Part shown: positions 15,316 to 20,000 of the stretch, in pieces
Layout: every line of letters starts with the position of its first letter
Numbering within the stretch: position 1 is the first letter of the stretch
DNA from: an uncultured virus (IMG/VR IMGVR_UViG_3300032116_000119)
Taxonomy: Duplodnaviria; Heunggongvirae; Uroviricota; Caudoviricetes
IMG/VR virus record: IMGVR_UViG_3300032116_000119
Strand: one strand, 5' to 3'
DNA: 20,000 bases
The notes under the pieces: generated by a model
The model's input: only the letters and a program-made list of their open reading frames with translations
The model's database searches: none
What the model was told of the DNA's origin: nothing
Translations under genes and position numbers: made by a program

Positions 15316-17083
15316 TGATTTCTTAGAAGCGCTTAAAGATAATCATTTTGAAGAGACACCAGTCGACGCAAAAACATTTGTTGAATCTCCAGATTATTTG
15401 GGACAGCCAGGGTTATCAGATATTCAATATGATATTGTTCAAGCAATGAGTCAGATTTATCGTAAAGAAGATTTACAGCAATTGATGGGTGAAGAAGAAG
15501 GTGCACGGTATTATGAAAAGTATACTAAGAATGAAATTATCCTACAACTTGGCAAGGGTAGTGGAAAAGATTTTACTTCTACTGTTGCCTGTGCTTATAT
15601 TGTATATAAGTTATTATGCCTTAAGGATCCAGCCAGATATTTCGGCAAACCATCTGGAGATGCCATAGACTTAATTAATGTTGCTATTAACGCACAGCAG
15701 GCAAAGAATGTTTTCTTTAAAGGCTTTAAAACAAAGATTGAAAAGTCCCCTTGGTTTGCGGGTAAATATGAGGCAAAAGTAGATTCAATAGGATTTAATA
15801 AATCAATTACTGTCTACTCTGGACACTCAGAAAGAGAATCTCACGAGGGTCTAAATCTTTTGCTTGCGGTTCTTGATGAGATCTCTGGGTTTGCTTCTGA
15901 GGTTGGAACAGGCAATGAGCAGGGAAAGACTGCTGACAATATATATAAAGCATTCCGTGGATCTGTGGATTCTCGTTTTCCAGATCTTGGAAAAGTTGTT
16001 TTGCTTTCATTCCCAAGGTATCCAGGAGACTTTATTTCTGAGAGATATGAGTCTGTTATTGCAGAAAAAGAAGTTATAGAAAGAACTCACGAGTTTGTGA
16101 TTAATCCACTTCTACCAGATACTGAGGCAGACAATAAATTTGAAATATATTGGGAAGAAGATCAGATTACTTCATACAAATATCCTGGAGTATTTGCATT
16201 AAAGAGACCTACATGGGAAGTTAATCCAACCAGAAAAATTGATGACTTCAAGATTGCTTTTATGACAGACCTTGGAGATGCAATGATGCGTTTTGCATGT
16301 GTACCAACTTTTGCATCAGATGCATTTTTTAAGCAGGCAGAAAAAGTAAGAGCCTGCATGACACTTAGAAACCCAATAGATACCTTTAAAAGGTTTGATG
16401 AATCGTTTAAACCAGATCCAAATAAAAAATACTATGTCCATGCTGACCTTGCACAGAAACACGACAAGTGTGCAGTTGCGATTGCTCATGTGGAAAAGTG
16501 GGTAAACATTCAAGTAATTAATAATTACGAACAGGTTGCTCCAGTTGTTGTTGTAGATGCAGTAGCATGGTGGGAACCGAAGGTAGAAGGACCAGTTAAT
16601 CTTTCAGAGGTAAAGCAATGGATACAAAACCTTAGAAGAATAGGGTTTGATATAGGCATGGTATCTTTTGACCGTTGGCAGTCATTTGATATTCAAAATG
16701 AGTTAAATCAGGTAGGAATGAAAACTGATACTGTTTCTGTTGCTAAAAAACATTATGAGGATATGGCTATGTTGGTATATGAAGAAAGGCTTGTTATGCC
16801 AGCAATAGAGTTATTGTTTGAAGAATTAACCCAGTTAAAAATTATGAAAAATGATAAAGTTGATCACCCCAGGAAAAAATCTAAAGACTTGGCCGATGCT
16901 GTTTGTGGTGCTATTTTTGGTGCTATATCTCACACTCCTAAGAATGTAGACTCTGAAGTAGAGGTTCATACTTTTAGGGATAGGCCACGCCAGGTTGACG
17001 AACTACCTGCAAACGTGATACAATATAAACCTAGTCAAATAGAAGAAATTAAAGACTATTTGGATAGACTAAAAACAATATAA
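15299..17083 (+). CDS. terL: Terminase large subunit, 594 aa
   Basis: Q motif, Walker A GKGSGKD, Walker B LAVLDE, coupling motif LLSFP, nuclease HADLA, FDRWQS, DHP..KSKDLADAV. Confidence 0.92.
   Translation: MSMMFDDFLEALKDNHFEETPVDAKTFVESPDYLGQPGLSDIQYDIVQAMSQIYRKEDLQQLMGEEEGARYYEKYTKNEIILQLGKGSGKDFTSTVACAYIVYKLLCLKDPARYFGKPSGDAIDLINVAINAQQAKNVFFKGFKTKIEKSPWFAGKYEAKVDSIGFNKSITVYSGHSERESHEGLNLLLAVLDEISGFASEVGTGNEQGKTADNIYKAFRGSVDSRFPDLGKVVLLSFPRYPGDFISERYESVIAEKEVIERTHEFVINPLLPDTEADNKFEIYWEEDQITSYKYPGVFALKRPTWEVNPTRKIDDFKIAFMTDLGDAMMRFACVPTFASDAFFKQAEKVRACMTLRNPIDTFKRFDESFKPDPNKKYYVHADLAQKHDKCAVAIAHVEKWVNIQVINNYEQVAPVVVVDAVAWWEPKVEGPVNLSEVKQWIQNLRRIGFDIGMVSFDRWQSFDIQNELNQVGMKTDTVSVAKKHYEDMAMLVYEERLVMPAIELLFEELTQLKIMKNDKVDHPRKKSKDLADAVCGAIFGAISHTPKNVDSEVEVHTFRDRPRQVDELPANVIQYKPSQIEEIKDYLDRLKTI
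16995..17024 (+). promoter_or_regulatory. Sigma-A promoter TTGACG-N18-TACAAT (extended TG) for the Ala/Thr-rich surface protein
   Basis: TTGACG 16995-17000, TG 17016-17017, TACAAT 17019-17024 inside the terL 3' end; RBS AAGGAG 17101-17106. Confidence 0.65.
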
Positions 17084-17110
17084 ACCAAATGAATAATAAC
17101 AAGGAGAAAA

Positions 17111-18238
17111 ATGAATTCATTTAAAAAGATCGCCATTGCATCGGTTGCAGCCATGCTTGGCTCATTTATCGTAGTGACACCTGCAAGTGCCAATACCGTT
17201 TCTGTGGACGTAACAACAGAAATTTCTGGCGCAGGTACTGCAGCCTCACCATTTACAGTTAAGGTTCCATCTGATAACGTCGTAAGCGTTGCAGATACTT
17301 CAACTGTTACAAACAACGAAGCACTTCTTATCACCGCTACAGTTGTTGCTGGAACACCAGTAACATTTACTGCAGTTGGTGCTGGAACACGCCTCGTCTC
17401 TGCAATTGGTTCAACAGTTAATGCATCTGCTGGATCATCATCAATCACAGTCACACCTGCTTCAACAACAGCGACTGTATATGCATATACAACAACTACT
17501 GCTGCATCTGCGGTTACAGTTTCTGTAACTGGTGCAAGCACAACAATTTATCTTAAGGGTGTTGCAGGTCCTGCATATGAACTTAAGATGTCAATCCCTG
17601 CTTCAGGAAATATTTCTGGCAAGGTAACTGCAACTCTTGATGTAGCAGATATTTTCGGCAACGCTGTTGCTGATACAGTAACTGTTACCACTCTTGGTGG
17701 CGCAACTGCTGGAACTGTAACTGCTGATGCTCTTGTAACAGGTCGTTACACATCAGAGATTTCGCTTCCTGCAACTGCTGGAACTGTTGCTGTTGGAGCA
17801 TCTATTACTGCACCAACATCTGTTCCAACAATTAAGTTGGCAACAACTTCTCAGACTGCAATCGTAACAGTATCTGATCTTGCAACTGCACTTGCTGCAG
17901 AAAAGGCTGCTCGTGCTGCTGATAAGGCTGCTGCTGATCAAGCACTTTCTGCTGCTCTAGCAAAGGCTGCTGCTGATGCTGCAACTGCTAAGGCTGCTGC
18001 TGATGCTGCTGCTATTACTGCTGCTGCAGAAATTGCTAAGTTAAAGGCTGATGCTGTAACTGCTAAGGTTGCTGCAGATAAGGCTCTTGCTGATGCAACT
18101 GCTGCACACGCTGCTGAACTTGCAAAGGTTAAGGCAGATAATGCTGCTGCAATCGCTGCAATGAAGAAGGCATTCAATGATCTTGCTAAGAAGTGGAACA
18201 AGAAGAACCCTTCTGCAAAGGTTACACTTGTTAAGTAA
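17111..18238 (+). CDS. Secreted Ala/Thr/Val-rich surface protein: signal peptide, Ig-like beta region, Ala-rich coiled coil, basic C-terminus; 375 aa
   Basis: MNSFKKIAIASVAAMLGSFIVVTPASA signal peptide (AxA site); DIFGNAV motif typical of bacterial Ig-like repeats; KAAAD repeats; strong RBS; downstream terminator. Confidence 0.8.
   Translation: MNSFKKIAIASVAAMLGSFIVVTPASANTVSVDVTTEISGAGTAASPFTVKVPSDNVVSVADTSTVTNNEALLITATVVAGTPVTFTAVGAGTRLVSAIGSTVNASAGSSSITVTPASTTATVYAYTTTTAASAVTVSVTGASTTIYLKGVAGPAYELKMSIPASGNISGKVTATLDVADIFGNAVADTVTVTTLGGATAGTVTADALVTGRYTSEISLPATAGTVAVGASITAPTSVPTIKLATTSQTAIVTVSDLATALAAEKAARAADKAAADQALSAALAKAAADAATAKAAADAAAITAAAEIAKLKADAVTAKVAADKALADATAAHAAELAKVKADNAAAIAAMKKAFNDLAKKWNKKNPSAKVTLVK
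17924..18004 (+). repeat. Three direct copies of AAGGCTGCTGCTGAT (KAAAD) within a GCT-rich tract
   Basis: Copies at 17924-17938, 17963-17977 and 17990-18004. Confidence 0.85.
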
Positions 18239-18257
18239 TTAACAAATTAAAAGATTT

Positions 18258-18288
18258 GGGAGTCAGGAAACTGGCTCCCTTTTCTTTT
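18258..18288 (+). terminator. Rho-independent terminator
   Basis: GGGAGTCAG-GAAA-CTGGCTCCC (9-bp stem with one G:U, GNRA loop) followed by TTTTCTTTT, 19 nt after the stop. Confidence 0.9.
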
Positions 18289-18303
18289 GTCTAAAATTAA
18301 CTG

Positions 18304-18332
18304 TATAATAACCTTATTAGACATTGTCTAAT
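18304..18332 (+). promoter_or_regulatory. TATAAT -10 element followed by a perfect 17-bp palindrome (operator-like)
   Basis: TATAAT 18304-18309; ATTAGACA-T-TGTCTAAT 18316-18332; extra half-site TGTCTAA at 18288-18294. Confidence 0.6.
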
Positions 18333-18346
18333 TCGGAGGTCAGGAG

Positions 18347-19990
18347 ATTAAAAAATTAATAAGAATATTGTCAGCATCTTTACTGGCTCTTGGCTTCAAC
18401 CTGTGGATTCCAGAAAACGCTAACGCAACCTGTGTAAACTTTATACAATCACAAACCATAGCAGCAGCATACGAAGGCGATGCCGAACCTACAGTGCATC
18501 ATATGGACACTTGCTCAGGTGACGACATATCTTATCAAATACCAATCGCAACTACCGTGACTTTTGACGGGGTACAGTATGAAAACATTTACGCTACAAC
18601 TAACTCAGTAATTACCTTTGGTCAACCTGATCCTACATACTGGGCATATCCTAATACACCATCTATCTCCTTATATTCAATGGACTGGTTTCCAGGAGTA
18701 AGCGGAACATCTGGTTTGGACATATATTATTCTGAAGGTGGGTTTCAAATGAACCTCAACATGGTTCCTTTTGGTAACTATGGGGCACAACCAAGTACGG
18801 TAAATATACTTGTGGCTATCACTAACACTGGAGGTTTAGCAGTATCCTATAGTTATCAAGGTCCTGAATATCAAAATCTTAGAACAGGAGTAAGGCTTCA
18901 TAATGGAGATATTGTTTCTCTTGAGGCTTGGGGTGCTACACAGGTTTCTCCTAATTCTCCTGCCCCTACATTGCAGGCAGAGCCTATTCCAGAGCCTTCT
19001 CCTACTCCTACCCAGCAGCCATCTCCAGAACCCTCTCCAACGCCCACAGAAGCCCCTATAACGCCTGAAGAGCAGCAAGAGCAGGTGGCAGAGGCAGCAC
19101 AGTTGGCTGGAGAAATATCGGACCTTAATAATCTTATTGCTTCTATTAATGGGGACATATTAAGTGAGCCAGACCCAGAACTACCATTGCCTATTGATCC
19201 GAGTCCAGAGCCAAGTCCTGAGTCTACAAATGAAACAGATTTGCCTGACCCTGATGTTGAGGTTGACCCAGAAATTATTACGCCAGAGGATCCAAGATTC
19301 CCTGATGGTGAAGAGCAAACTGAGCCAGAAGATCCCACTCCTTCTCCAAGCCCTGATACAACAGGTGGGGCAGATGAAGAGACTGATCCAACTCCAGAGC
19401 CTTCAGAAGAGCCTTCACCTCAGCCAACGGATATAGATCCAACTCAAGAGCCTGAACCTGAGCAACCTGCTGACGAAGATTCTGTAGTAGCACCAGACAA
19501 TGATAGCACTGACGGTAATCCAATTTCAGCAGATGAACTTAATAAGTTAAATAAATTAATCGGACAAAATGATGCTAAATTGGCTGCAGAACTATCAAAT
19601 ATGCTGACAGAACTATCTCCATCTGAAGAAAAGGCATTGGCTAACGATTTGGGTATTAAAGAAGAAGATGTAGAAGCACTTTCTGAATTGATTAAAGATG
19701 ATCCTAAAATAGCAGTAGCCTTTGTAGAGTTTGCGGACAGAGCAGAAGAAAATGCAGATGCTCCTATGCCATATACATTAGCAGATGCTGTTACTGAAGT
19801 ACAGACAGAGGCATTCTTAGCAGACCCACTTGGAGCAGTATTCAATGTGGATGTTACAGAACTCCTATCTAATTTCTCTGAGTTAGGTATGGATATGACA
19901 GATGATCAGAGAGAAAAAGCACAGGAAGTAATTATCCCAGTAGTACTTGTTTCTAACATAGTATCTGCGGTAATTGGAATGAGGAGGTAA
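18347..19990 (+). CDS. Exported, C-terminally membrane-anchored protein: signal peptide, NIDO-like beta domain, Pro/Glu/Thr/Ser-rich stalk, acidic helical domain, hydrophobic tail; probable ATT start (ORF track start 18368)
   Basis: GGAGGT 18335-18340, then ATT 18347 gives MKKLIRILSASLLALGFNLWIPENANA; GDD..Y.IP....TFDG..Y..IY.TTN..ITF is NIDO-like; C-terminus VIIPVVLVSNIVSAVIGMRR. Confidence 0.75.
   Translation: MKKLIRILSASLLALGFNLWIPENANATCVNFIQSQTIAAAYEGDAEPTVHHMDTCSGDDISYQIPIATTVTFDGVQYENIYATTNSVITFGQPDPTYWAYPNTPSISLYSMDWFPGVSGTSGLDIYYSEGGFQMNLNMVPFGNYGAQPSTVNILVAITNTGGLAVSYSYQGPEYQNLRTGVRLHNGDIVSLEAWGATQVSPNSPAPTLQAEPIPEPSPTPTQQPSPEPSPTPTEAPITPEEQQEQVAEAAQLAGEISDLNNLIASINGDILSEPDPELPLPIDPSPEPSPESTNETDLPDPDVEVDPEIITPEDPRFPDGEEQTEPEDPTPSPSPDTTGGADEETDPTPEPSEEPSPQPTDIDPTQEPEPEQPADEDSVVAPDNDSTDGNPISADELNKLNKLIGQNDAKLAAELSNMLTELSPSEEKALANDLGIKEEDVEALSELIKDDPKIAVAFVEFADRAEENADAPMPYTLADAVTEVQTEAFLADPLGAVFNVDVTELLSNFSELGMDMTDDQREKAQEVIIPVVLVSNIVSAVIGMRR
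18947..19480 (+). repeat. Low-complexity PEPSPTP/PEPS-type coding repeats (mucin-like stalk)
   Basis: Recurrent CCAGAGCC/CCAGAACC units encoding PEPSPTPT, PSPEPSP, PTPEPS and EPEPEQP. Confidence 0.75.
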
Positions 19991-19991
19991 C

Positions 19992-20000
19992 ATGAAAATA
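19992..20000 (+). CDS. Start of the next gene (MKI...), truncated by the window edge
   Basis: GGAGG at 19983-19987, then ATG at 19992, 1 nt after the previous stop. Confidence 0.6.

Noticed and set aside
1908..16513. Other short minus-strand and alternate-frame ORFs in the track
   Set aside because: All lie wholly or largely within well-supported plus-strand genes and show no protein-like motifs.
6472..17083. Inteins, introns or stop-codon recoding in dnaE, recA or terL
   Set aside because: The ORFs are continuous and of ordinary length with no intein splice or homing-endonuclease motifs seen; TAA, TAG and TGA all end genes at sensible boundaries.
17890..18160. GCT-rich repeats as a CRISPR array, DGR repeat or contingency locus
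   Set aside because: In-frame Ala codon runs explained by the protein; no spacers, no reverse transcriptase and no adenine-specific variant pair.
17056..19845. Long minus-strand ORFs (17056-17541, 17938-18201, 18898-19338, 19444-19845)
   Set aside because: Antisense shadows of biased, low-complexity plus-strand genes; no RBS or recognisable motifs.
1..20000. tRNA, rRNA or structured ncRNA genes
   Set aside because: Once the three small ORFs are added, intergenic gaps are too short; the largest (18239-18346) is explained by the terminator, promoter and palindrome.

Overview
AT-rich, gene-dense segment of a large tailed dsDNA phage (Caudoviricetes), with every credible gene on the + strand. 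Gene order: end of a tail/baseplate structural block (<1-2139); Zn-ribbon and HTH regulators; a replisome (DnaB-like helicase, DnaG-like primase, gp32-like SSB, DnaE/Pol III alpha); a recombination block (RecA, PD-(D/E)XK nuclease, Cas4-like exonuclease, RuvC-like resolvase); a GT60/GlcNAc-type glycosyltransferase, a small HTH protein, a small membrane protein and an Nmad1/DUF1599 protein; putative small and clear large terminase subunits; then two separately transcribed exported/surface proteins (Ala/Thr-rich; NIDO-like plus Pro/Glu/Thr-rich). Gene content and order resemble large actinobacteriophages (Streptomyces cluster BE-like) and low-GC freshwater actinophages. The host assignment is inference. 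Notable items read directly from the sequence: three small genes missing from the ORF track, a family of sigma-A-type extended -10 promoters embedded in upstream gene ends, probable leaderless genes, a probable ATT start codon behind a perfect 17-bp palindrome, a DxH-to-CGH glycosyltransferase and a RecA with a non-canonical Walker A. No database searches were run; family calls come from motif recognition.
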